A stretch of 64,000 nucleotides of DNA from Roseibacillus sp. GTDB taxonomy: Bacteria > Verrucomicrobiota > Verrucomicrobiia > Verrucomicrobiales > Akkermansiaceae. The notes under the pieces are model-generated. The model did not search any database, was not told the DNA's origin, and saw nothing but the letters and a program-made list of their open reading frames with translations. This document shows, piece after piece, positions 18,461 to 27,394 of this stretch (the first letter of the stretch is position 1; every line of letters begins with the position of its first letter). The DNA is taken from NCBI GenBank assembly GCA_965242925.1, contig CBDEUM010000014.1, forward strand, positions 160,001-224,000, given 5' to 3'. A program made the position numbers and the translations under genes.

Positions 18461-21400
18461 ATGAAACCCAGGATTCTTTTTTCGGCGGGCATCCTCGCCC
18501 TCGCCTCCCTTCCCCTCCACGCCGTCCAGTACGGTCCCCAGGTCTTTGACCAGCCCGACGGCACCACCAACCTCGGTGACGGCACCACCCTTGCCAGCAG
18601 TGATGATTCCGCTGCGGTGGAGGGCGGCGCCCTGATCCTCACCAGGGACGGGACGGCCAACACCCATGCTTCACTGCGCATCCCCGCCCAGGCCGCCTCC
18701 GCCCAGGGCTGGACCGCTTCCTTTGAATTCACCCTGGCAGACCAGCCCGGAGACGACCCGGGAGAGGGCTTCTCGTTCTCCTATGGGGCAATCCCGGCCT
18801 TCAACAACGGACAGGGTGATCCCACTGAGGCGGACGCCCACGGTGCCGCCGAAGAAGGATGGGGCGCGACCACCCCCCACCTCGCCTTCGGAATCGACAC
18901 GCGTGACAACGGGGCGGTCGAGCAGGGCCTCAACATCTCACGCGACGGAACCGACCTCGCCTTTGAGAATCGCACGATTCTCATCGACGGCCAGACCCTC
19001 AGCGGATCGATCTGGCTCTCCTGGCATCCCGCCAACGGCGCGAGCATGAGCGTTGACCTCGGGGAGGGGTTGTCGCCGGTCTTCACCAACGTGGCCACCC
19101 CGGGCTTCGTGGGAAACAACAGTCATGTTTTTGCCCTCAGTGCCCGGACGGCCAGCGCGACCCAGCGCCTTGAAATCGACAACCTGCAGGTCACCACCAT
19201 CCCGCCCGGCTTTATCGTCCTGCCCAACCCCATTATCTCGGAATTCATGGCGGAAAACGACACCACCCTGGAAGACGAGGACTGCCGAACTTCGGACTGG
19301 CTGGAAATTTTCAATTCCACTGCCACTCCCATCAACCTCGAGGGCTGGTATCTTACCGACGACCCGGACGAGCCTGCCAAGTGGCCTCTTCCGGACCTCC
19401 CCCTCGACGCCAATGAACGCACGATCATCTTCGCCTCCAACCAGGACCGGATCGAGGGCGAGTTGCACACCGATTTCCGCCTGGACAGCGACGGGGGCTA
19501 TCTGGCCCTGGTCAAACCAGATGGCCTGACCGTCGCCTCCTCCTACCTCTACCCACCCCAGATCGGGGATATCTCCTACGGGACCCTCGGCCTGGAACAG
19601 ACCGAAGGATCCTTCCGCAATCCCACCCCGGGCGATCTCAATGTCGGACCCCAGGGTGACTTCCTGCTGGAAAAGGTCATCTTCTCGCAGGAGAGCCAGG
19701 TCATCACTGAACAACTGGACCTGGAACTGAGCAGCCCGCTCCCGGGAACAACCATCCGCTACACCACCAACGCCACGTCCAACAATCCCACCTGGCGGAC
19801 CTATACCAATCCCATCCGCATCGATGAAACCACCCGCGTGACCGCCCGCCTTGAGCAACCGGGAAAGGAGCCCGGCCCCCTGCGTGACCGCACCTTCATC
19901 AAGCTCGCCTCCAACATGCAGAACGTGCGTTCGCCCCTGCCCCTCATCATCATCGACTCCTTCCGCCGCAACATCGATGCTGAGTCGAGTTCCAACTCGC
20001 AGAACCCCAAGCGCCCGGTCCACGGGATCTTCATCGACGTGGACCCCGCCAGCGGAGTGGCCCGACCAACCGACCTTCCCGACTTCGAGGGACGGGGCGG
20101 CATGCGCGTGCGGGGACAGACCTCGTCCGGATTCCCCAAGAAGCAGTACTCCTTCGAGACCTGGACCAGCGAAGGAGATGACAAGAACGTGAGCATCTTC
20201 GGATTCTCCGAGGAATCGGACTGGGTGATCCACGCGCCCTACTCGGACAAGTCGCTCATGCGCAACAAGATCGTCTACGAGACGAGTCGGGAGATAGGCT
20301 ACCCCGCCAGCCGCACCCTCTTCTGTGAGCTCTATTTCAACACCAACGGAGGGGATGTCTCCAGCGCCGACTACCGTGGGATCTACGTCTTCATGGAGAA
20401 GATCAAGCGGGACGACAACCGCGTGAACATCAAGGAACTGCAGAACTGCGACAACGGCCGGTCGAAGGTGACCGGAGGCTACATCTTCAAGAAGGACAAG
20501 GGCCAGTCCGTGGACGTCACTTTCAACACCAGGAGGGAAGGCCACTCCCTCGCCTTCGTGGAACCCGATCAACCGACCCAGACCCAGCGGGAATGGCTCG
20601 ACGCCCACGTCGACCGTTTCGAGGACGCCCTCTGGGGAAGCCGCTTCGACCATCCCACCCGCGGCTACCGCACCTTCATTGACGTGCAGTCCTTCATCGA
20701 CACCCACATCTGGGTGGAGGTCTACAAGAACATCGATGGCTACCGCTTGAGCAGCTACTTCTACAAGGATCGCGGACGCAAGATCGTGGCCTCTCCGGTC
20801 TGGGACTATAACCTCTCCCTGGGGAATGCGGACTATCTGCAGGGTGAGTTTCCCAACGGCTGGTACTACACGCAGCTCAGCAACAATGCCTATCCCTGGT
20901 ACGGCCGCCTTTTCCTTGATCCTGAATTCAACCTCCATTACTGGGACCGCTGGTTCGAATTGCGGGAAGGCATCTTCGATACCGAAGCCATGATGGCGCG
21001 TATCGACAACTACGTGTCCCTGCTCAATGCGCCGGCCCGACGCAACTTCCAGAAGTGGCGCATCCTCGGCAACCACCTCTGGCCCAACGCCCAGAGCTGG
21101 ACTCCCCCGGCGCCCCTGCCCGGGAGCGACCGCAACCTTGCCGGAGCCCGCAACCGGCGGGCCTACCGTGATGAAACCGACTGGATGAAGGGCTGGCTGA
21201 CCGCCCGCCTGGCCTGGATCGACGACCAGAGCGACAATCCGCCCGTCTTCAGCCAGGACGGAGGGGTGATTTCCCCCGGAACCAGCCTCGCCATCACCAA
21301 TCCGAATGCCGGAGGGGGGCAGATCTACTACACCACCGACGGCAGCGATCCCCGCCTGCCCGGCAATCAGAACGTGACCGCCCTGCTGCCTGCGGAATCG

Positions 21401-22945
21401 CAATGCCGTTACACCATCCCGGAGGCGGAAATCCCGGGCTGGAACACGGTGGACGGCCCCGCCGACCTGGCAGGCTGGAACACGGGGCCGGCCGGGCTGG
21501 GATACGAGAGAACCCCGGGACCCTACGCCACCCTGATCAACACGAACCTGCCCGCCGGGACCACCAGCGCCTACGCCCGTTTCGAGTTCGAGATCACGGA
21601 GCAGTCCACCCTGGACGCCCTGGCCGCAGTCAACCTGCGCCTGCAGTATGACGACGGATTCGACGCCTATCTCAACGGAGTGAAAGTCGCGAGTGCCAAC
21701 GCCCCGGACATCCCGGCCTGGAACTCGGTGGCCACCAACACCCGCGAGGGCGAGGTCGGCACCAGCATCCACACCCTCAGCCTCACTTCCTTCAAGAGCG
21801 ACCTGCTGATCGGAACGAACGTCCTGGCCATCCAGCTCCTGAATACCGGGATCACCAGCACCGGCCTGCTCTGCAGCCCGGAAATCCAGGCCAGCAGTTC
21901 GGATGATGCGCCCTCCTCCAGGGCCCGCCTCTACCGCCAGCCCGTCCCCCTCGACAGCTCGCAAACGGTGCGGGCCCGCGTAAAGACCTCCTCGGGATGG
22001 TCCCCCCTCCAGACGGAGGCCTACCTCGTCAACGGCGCACCGGCCGGACCGGCCAACCTGGCAGTAAGTGAGCTGAACTACCGCCCCTCTCCGGGCATCT
22101 CGGAGGCGAGCCGGGGCTTCGACGCGCGAGTCGACTTCGAGTATGTCGAGGTGATGAACATCTCGGACGTGGACGTGGACCTGAGTGGCGTGGCCTTCAC
22201 CAGCGGCATCGAGTTTAAGTTCGATCTCGGAGAGGTGCGCTACCTGGCCCCGGGTGAACGGGTGGTGGTGGTTTCCAATCGCGATGCCTTCAGCCTGCGT
22301 TACTCCCGCCTGGCCTCGGCCGTGCGCATCGCCGGCGAGTACAGCCAGAATCTCAGCAACGACGGGGAGACCATCATCCTGAGCGCGGTGGACGGATCCG
22401 ATATCCGCAACTTCACCTACAACGACAAGGAGCCCTGGTCCGAACTGGCCGACGGCGACGGACTCTCGCTGGTGCTGCGCAATCCCCTCGACAATCCCGA
22501 CCACTCAGACCCTCTCAACTGGCGCTCCAGCACCATCGTCGACGGCGCCCCGGGCAGCAGTGACGGCAGCGAATTCACAGGCGACCCGGATCTCGACAGC
22601 GACGACAACGGGATCAACGACTTCCTCCAGTATACCCTCGCCCCGGACGAAACCACCCCCACCCTGCCCTCCATGGCGATCCAGACCTTCAACCTGGGAG
22701 AGGAAGGGGACAGCGGGGACTTCATGACCTTCAGTTACACCCGCAACCGTATCGCCGACGACGTGAACTACACCGTGCAGCAGAGCCCCAACCTGAGGGA
22801 CTGGTCTCCCGGAACGGCCGAAACGATGGAGCTTATCGAACGCATTGAAAATGAGGACGGCACCGATACCATCAGCTTCCGCCTCAAGGAAGAGGTGACG
22901 GAAGCGAAGGAGCTCTTCCTCCGGTTGGCCGTTGAGAAAGACTGA
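18461..22945 (+). CDS. Secreted CotH-family kinase with lectin-like N-terminus, lamin-tail domains, Fn3-associated domains and C-terminal domain
   Basis: Signal peptide. LTD IISEFMAEN..SDWLEIFN. CotH motifs RGQTSSGFPKKQYSFE, DKSLMRN, YRGIYVFMEKIKRD, NIDG, PVWDYNLSLG. IYYTTDGSDPR; second LTD VSELNYRP. Confidence 0.88.
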   Translation: MKPRILFSAGILALASLPLHAVQYGPQVFDQPDGTTNLGDGTTLASSDDSAAVEGGALILTRDGTANTHASLRIPAQAASAQGWTASFEFTLADQPGDDPGEGFSFSYGAIPAFNNGQGDPTEADAHGAAEEGWGATTPHLAFGIDTRDNGAVEQGLNISRDGTDLAFENRTILIDGQTLSGSIWLSWHPANGASMSVDLGEGLSPVFTNVATPGFVGNNSHVFALSARTASATQRLEIDNLQVTTIPPGFIVLPNPIISEFMAENDTTLEDEDCRTSDWLEIFNSTATPINLEGWYLTDDPDEPAKWPLPDLPLDANERTIIFASNQDRIEGELHTDFRLDSDGGYLALVKPDGLTVASSYLYPPQIGDISYGTLGLEQTEGSFRNPTPGDLNVGPQGDFLLEKVIFSQESQVITEQLDLELSSPLPGTTIRYTTNATSNNPTWRTYTNPIRIDETTRVTARLEQPGKEPGPLRDRTFIKLASNMQNVRSPLPLIIIDSFRRNIDAESSSNSQNPKRPVHGIFIDVDPASGVARPTDLPDFEGRGGMRVRGQTSSGFPKKQYSFETWTSEGDDKNVSIFGFSEESDWVIHAPYSDKSLMRNKIVYETSREIGYPASRTLFCELYFNTNGGDVSSADYRGIYVFMEKIKRDDNRVNIKELQNCDNGRSKVTGGYIFKKDKGQSVDVTFNTRREGHSLAFVEPDQPTQTQREWLDAHVDRFEDALWGSRFDHPTRGYRTFIDVQSFIDTHIWVEVYKNIDGYRLSSYFYKDRGRKIVASPVWDYNLSLGNADYLQGEFPNGWYYTQLSNNAYPWYGRLFLDPEFNLHYWDRWFELREGIFDTEAMMARIDNYVSLLNAPARRNFQKWRILGNHLWPNAQSWTPPAPLPGSDRNLAGARNRRAYRDETDWMKGWLTARLAWIDDQSDNPPVFSQDGGVISPGTSLAITNPNAGGGQIYYTTDGSDPRLPGNQNVTALLPAESQCRYTIPEAEIPGWNTVDGPADLAGWNTGPAGLGYERTPGPYATLINTNLPAGTTSAYARFEFEITEQSTLDALAAVNLRLQYDDGFDAYLNGVKVASANAPDIPAWNSVATNTREGEVGTSIHTLSLTSFKSDLLIGTNVLAIQLLNTGITSTGLLCSPEIQASSSDDAPSSRARLYRQPVPLDSSQTVRARVKTSSGWSPLQTEAYLVNGAPAGPANLAVSELNYRPSPGISEASRGFDARVDFEYVEVMNISDVDVDLSGVAFTSGIEFKFDLGEVRYLAPGERVVVVSNRDAFSLRYSRLASAVRIAGEYSQNLSNDGETIILSAVDGSDIRNFTYNDKEPWSELADGDGLSLVLRNPLDNPDHSDPLNWRSSTIVDGAPGSSDGSEFTGDPDLDSDDNGINDFLQYTLAPDETTPTLPSMAIQTFNLGEEGDSGDFMTFSYTRNRIADDVNYTVQQSPNLRDWSPGTAETMELIERIENEDGTDTISFRLKEEVTEAKELFLRLAVEKD

Positions 22946-22993
22946 GGCCGTCATTCTCGCCAGCAGGGAGCTCCCCGGCACCCGCGAGCGCCC

Positions 22994-23024
22994 CTTCCTG
23001 CGGTAGCAATCCAAGCGGACGCCC
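22994..23024 (+). repeat. Direct repeat copy A (displaced copy of the 3' end of the 25888..27177 gene)
   Basis: cttcctgcggtagcaatccaagcggacgccc versus cttcctgcggtagcaatccaggcgggcaccc at 25891-25921: 28/31 identical, first 20 bp exact. Confidence 0.8.
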
Positions 23025-23092
23025 CTGTCATGTCAGCCCGCGGGGGCTGCCTTCCAGAGAGCGATCAATTCCGGCTACAGACCGGGGGGACC

Positions 23093-25723
23093 CTAGGGGA
23101 TCTGCACGTTCACGTTGTCAAGGCAGAGTCCGCTAAAGGCATCAGCACTGCCATCACTGACAAAATTGAATTCGATGAGAACAGACTCTCCGATCGCGAT
23201 CGCGGGAACGGGAACTTCAGTAGTGACATAATCCAGATCGAAGACCGTCATGTCGATGGGAACGTCCACCCCCAGCTGGGTCTGGTCGCTGGAGCGCAGG
23301 AAGCGCACGGAGGCGGTGTCGCCAAACCCATCTCCATCCCGGTAGGCATCGAAGCTGAGCTGGGCGGCGGCGATCCCGGTGAGATCGATGACCGGCGTGC
23401 GCAGGGAGATATCGGAGTCGATTCCAAAGTCCCCCAGGCTGGTGCACCAGGCATTGGCTGACTCATCGGCCCCGGAGAGAGGGCCGGTCGAGCCATTAGG
23501 AGAACCCAGCTCCCACTCCGTATTTCCGAAGGCATCATTGACGACCGTCGTCCAGCCTGCCGCCCCGGTCTCCAGGTCATCCGAGAAAAGGGGCGGCGGA
23601 TTTTTCTCCCGAACCGCCACGAACCCCTCTCCTAGGAAGGGCAGGGCAATGACCAGGGTATGGGCACCGGAGGGATCGGCCGCAATGTCCTGCGCGTCGA
23701 CAAGCCCGGCCCAGGACGCCCTCGGTGAAGACAGGTCGGGACTGACCAGAATATCATAGAGTTTACCCAGGGTGCTCTCCCAGGACAGCTCCAGCTCCCC
23801 ACCGGGAGCAGGCCGCACCGCCAGGCCAAGGGGATCCACCCCGTCAACCGGGCCAACCGGCGCTCCCTCGGCAAGCGCCTCGATGCGGGCTGGCGAGAGG
23901 GGAAGATCAAACACCGCCATCTCGTCGATGCGTCCTCCAAAGCTGTTGTTCAGGGTGTTGCCCTCCGCCCCGATGGTCACCACCCCGTTGAAGGCGTCGA
24001 GGGGTTCTCCCCCTGCCGCATCCGCCACCTTGACACCATCCACCCAGATTTCCCGGTGGCCCTCGTCATCCCGCTGGAAGACAAAGTGCTGCCACTGGTT
24101 GAGATTGACCGCCCCGCCCACCGTGAGGCGCTGCGGGGGCTCACAGCACCCGGACTGGTCAAAGTAGACGGTTCCGTTGCCCCAGGGCGTATGAGCCTGA
24201 AAGCCGCGCTCGCCCCCGGTTGCCCCGGGTGAGTGAAGCCAGAACACGCTCGAGTTGCCGACCTGGATATTGAATTGCCAGAAGCTCACCGCCATCGCGT
24301 TATTTTCAAACGCGGAATCAAAATAGGTTCCCGGCTCGGTGATCGCTGCTGCTCCGTTTTGGTTAGCCCCGAGATCGAGCGACTGGCCATTGCCGAGGTG
24401 ACCATCCCCCACCGAGGAGAGGACCGCTGGTCCAATCAGGGTGGTGTCAGCACCATTGCCGCTCTGATCCTCCGTCTGGCCCTCGAAATTCCAGTAGGCC
24501 AGAAGGGTCGGTTCCGGCACCGGGGGAATACTGTTGGGGTCGGTCGGGTCAAACAGAGCATCGATTTCGTCTCCATCGTCAAACCCGTCACCATCGCTGT
24601 CGGGATCAAGGGGGTCGGTTCCGGTGTCGCTGGCACTGACAAAGGCACCCGTTCCGGACTCCACCCCGTCGAGAAGGCCGTCACCATCGCTATCGGGATC
24701 GGAGGGATCAGTGCCGATAGTAGCTTCATTGCCGTCACTGGAGCCGTCGTCGTCCGAATCGGAATCGAGGGGATCAGTCCTGGCGGCGTATTCCTCCGCA
24801 TCGCTCGATCCGTCGTTGTCAAAGTCACTCGTGACCGGCGCGTCATCGGGGCCCGCGACATCATCCAGGCCATCGACCCCGTCATTCGCATCGGCATCGA
24901 TGATCCTCTGCTCGAAGGCATCCGGCAGACCGTCGGCATCGGTATCGGCAGGTGGAATAATCAGACCCGACGGACGAAGGCTGCCCTCCGCCAGGCTGGC
25001 GATCTGGTCCGGGGTCAAGGCGTCATCGTAGACCGCAATATCGTCAATGAGACCGGAAAAGCTGTTGTTCAGGCTGTTGTCGGCTCCGATGGTCAGGATC
25101 CCATTGAAGGCGTCGAGGGCTTCGGCTCCGCCTCCACTGGCGGCAAGGGCACCATCAACCCAGATTTCACGATTACCCGCAGCGTCCCGCTGGAAGACGA
25201 AGTGCTGCCACTGGTTGATGGTGACCACCCCACCCACCGTGAGGCGCTGCGGGGGATCGCAGCACCCGGACTGGTCAAAGTAAACGGTTCCGTCGCTCCA
25301 GGGCGTGTGGGCCTGGAAGCCGCGCTCGCTCCCGGTTGCCCCGGGTGAATGAACCCAGAACGCGCTGGAGCTGCCGATCTGGGTGTTGAACTGCCAGAAG
25401 CTCACCGCCATGGCATTGTTATTGGCAGCCGCATCAAAGTGGCTGCCAGCCGGAACTATCGCAGCCGCACGGTTATTGAGCGCCCCAAGATCAAGAGCCC
25501 GGTCACCCGCCACGCCCGTTACTCCGCCCGCGGCGGCAGTAAAGACGGCCGGCGCACTCAATACGGCGTCGGGGGCATTCCCCGAGACGTCCAATGCCAC
25601 CGTAGGATTGCTGTCGTCATCGAAATCAAAGTAAGCGAGCAGATCCAGAGCATGGACCCGCTGGATACTCAGGGAACCTGCGAACAGGACTAAGGCCAGG
25701 AGGAACGAGGCTTTCGTAGACAC
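23093..25723 (-). CDS. Secreted protein with two LamG/concanavalin-like domains, TSP3-like repeats and C-terminal MAM-like domain
   Basis: Signal peptide. Duplicated LLAY.DF...NQWQHFVFQRD...EIWVDG...F.G.ID..AV.D domains; DSDGDGLLD repeats; C-terminal module homologous to that of 1254..3869. Confidence 0.82.
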   Translation of the reverse strand: MSTKASFLLALVLFAGSLSIQRVHALDLLAYFDFDDDSNPTVALDVSGNAPDAVLSAPAVFTAAAGGVTGVAGDRALDLGALNNRAAAIVPAGSHFDAAANNNAMAVSFWQFNTQIGSSSAFWVHSPGATGSERGFQAHTPWSDGTVYFDQSGCCDPPQRLTVGGVVTINQWQHFVFQRDAAGNREIWVDGALAASGGGAEALDAFNGILTIGADNSLNNSFSGLIDDIAVYDDALTPDQIASLAEGSLRPSGLIIPPADTDADGLPDAFEQRIIDADANDGVDGLDDVAGPDDAPVTSDFDNDGSSDAEEYAARTDPLDSDSDDDGSSDGNEATIGTDPSDPDSDGDGLLDGVESGTGAFVSASDTGTDPLDPDSDGDGFDDGDEIDALFDPTDPNSIPPVPEPTLLAYWNFEGQTEDQSGNGADTTLIGPAVLSSVGDGHLGNGQSLDLGANQNGAAAITEPGTYFDSAFENNAMAVSFWQFNIQVGNSSVFWLHSPGATGGERGFQAHTPWGNGTVYFDQSGCCEPPQRLTVGGAVNLNQWQHFVFQRDDEGHREIWVDGVKVADAAGGEPLDAFNGVVTIGAEGNTLNNSFGGRIDEMAVFDLPLSPARIEALAEGAPVGPVDGVDPLGLAVRPAPGGELELSWESTLGKLYDILVSPDLSSPRASWAGLVDAQDIAADPSGAHTLVIALPFLGEGFVAVREKNPPPLFSDDLETGAAGWTTVVNDAFGNTEWELGSPNGSTGPLSGADESANAWCTSLGDFGIDSDISLRTPVIDLTGIAAAQLSFDAYRDGDGFGDTASVRFLRSSDQTQLGVDVPIDMTVFDLDYVTTEVPVPAIAIGESVLIEFNFVSDGSADAFSGLCLDNVNVQIP

Positions 25724-25887
25724 GGTATGGATTTTTGGTTGAACGCCAAAATACAGGTTTTATTTCCCCCGCCTTGTCCAGCAAAAGCAAAACATTTGCT
25801 CCTTCCCCGGCGTGCTGGGATCCCTCGCCCTGTTGAATCTGTCCCCTGCAATTCCCCTGCGAAGGGGCGCCTCACCACCGTTCCGGC

Positions 25888-27177
25888 CTACTTCCTGCGG
25901 TAGCAATCCAGGCGGGCACCCACCCGCAGATAGAAGCTGTTGTGAGCTACCGCCGGACTGGCATCCACCCAGGTCACTTCATCTCCCGGCCTGAGATCCG
26001 AGATGGCCAGCACGCGTGCCTCCTTGTCCACCTCGATGGCGTAACCCTCGCCGTCCCGCGAAAAGCAGAAAAGCCTGCCACCTATGAGGAGCGGCGAGGC
26101 ATAGAAGTTGCCCTGGAACTTCTTCTCCCACTTCGATTGCCCCGAGCGTGGGTCGACCGCCTGCAGCACCCCCCGGTCAGACAGCACAAAGAGGGTTTTC
26201 CCATCCGACACCGGGGTCGGGACGTAAGGGGCATGGTTCTCCAGCTGCCAGACCACCTCGGCCTTCCCTCCACTGGCATCGGGCGGGCGTACCGCCAGGA
26301 AGACGTTGTTGCCGCCCTCCCGCTTGCAACCAACTGTGAGAAGCGAATCCTTCTCCCCACTCCCAGCCAGGATATCAACCGGCGAGACGATGCAGCGCTC
26401 GTCGAAGAGGTCGGGCAGGGACCACAATTCCAGTCCATTCTCAACGTTCAATCCCCGCACTCCGATGCTGGTGCTGCTCACCACGACTTCATACTCCGGG
26501 CCATCGGCACCGTGACGCCTGCGGATGAGCGGGGACATGTAGGTCGTCTTGGGACTCGGACTGGGATACATTCTCTTCCATTCGGGTTCGCCTGTCTTTC
26601 CGTTCAGGGATGCCACGTATCCTCCGCGCTGATGCAGGTGGGCGATGATCACCGAACCCTCGTGAATAACGGGAACAATGTTTAAACCGTGAGCTCCCTT
26701 GAACTCCCCGATGTCGTAGTCCCACAGGTCCTTGCCGTCGTGGGAGCAGGCCGAGAGGACCGCCACCTTGCGGCTGGAATCATACCAACTGAAGACCACC
26801 AGGTCCTCAGCCAATGCCGGGGTGGCCGCCGCCGCGTTGTTCATCTTGTGGGTGCGGTAGGCTCCAACCTTCACTTCCTTGTGCCAGAGCGGCGTGCCAG
26901 TCTTGGCCTCGTAGCAATGCAGCCCAACAAGCCCCCTGGCACGATCTTCCGAGGTCACAAACACGCGATTGCCCCAGACCACGGGCGAACTGCTTCCCGG
27001 ACCGGGCAGGGACACGGACCACGCCCGCGTGCTCTCGCCCAGTTTGAGAGGGACTTCCTGCCCGGCCGCCACCCCCGATCCATCGGGACCCCGGAAACGG
27101 GGCCAGTTCCCGCCCTCACCGGCGGCACTTTCTAACAAAAGAAGGCTCGCCCATGAGATGATCGCAATTCCTTTCAT
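25888..27177 (-). CDS. Secreted PQQ-like (BamB/PQQ_2) beta-propeller protein
   Basis: NWPRFRGPDGSG, GSSSPVVWGNRVFV, YVPTPV, FYASP; repeated xxTGxxxW blades. Start placed at ATG 27177. Confidence 0.85.
   Translation of the reverse strand: MKGIAIISWASLLLLESAAGEGGNWPRFRGPDGSGVAAGQEVPLKLGESTRAWSVSLPGPGSSSPVVWGNRVFVTSEDRARGLVGLHCYEAKTGTPLWHKEVKVGAYRTHKMNNAAAATPALAEDLVVFSWYDSSRKVAVLSACSHDGKDLWDYDIGEFKGAHGLNIVPVIHEGSVIIAHLHQRGGYVASLNGKTGEPEWKRMYPSPSPKTTYMSPLIRRRHGADGPEYEVVVSSTSIGVRGLNVENGLELWSLPDLFDERCIVSPVDILAGSGEKDSLLTVGCKREGGNNVFLAVRPPDASGGKAEVVWQLENHAPYVPTPVSDGKTLFVLSDRGVLQAVDPRSGQSKWEKKFQGNFYASPLLIGGRLFCFSRDGEGYAIEVDKEARVLAISDLRPGDEVTWVDASPAVAHNSFYLRVGARLDCYRRK
25891..25921 (+). repeat. Direct repeat copy B (encodes ...GARLDCYRRK of the PQQ-like gene on the minus strand)
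   Basis: Matches copy A at 22994-23024. Confidence 0.8.
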
Positions 27178-27394
27178 CGTTCTGCAGCGTGAATCTTTCA
27201 GCAGTCCTGACAGCACGTCACGCTGTCGCATTCTCGTCCCCGGGTCAACCACCCGCTGAATCCGCATCCCACCCACCGCATTTGACGGACTTGCCTTGTT
27301 GAATTAGAGTCCAGTCAGGGTAGAGCGTCCCCCCCACGCCAGCGTGCAGACTTGCAAGCCCGTGTCGCACTCCCTATCCCTGTCCCCCCCCAAC

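Noticed and set aside
18938..22504. 1188-aa minus-strand ORF, and similar long ORFs at 27374-29479 (-), 14042-15982 (+) and 29798-31210 (-)
   Set aside because: Antisense shadows of well-supported genes; expected from GC-rich codon bias and carrying no recognisable motifs.
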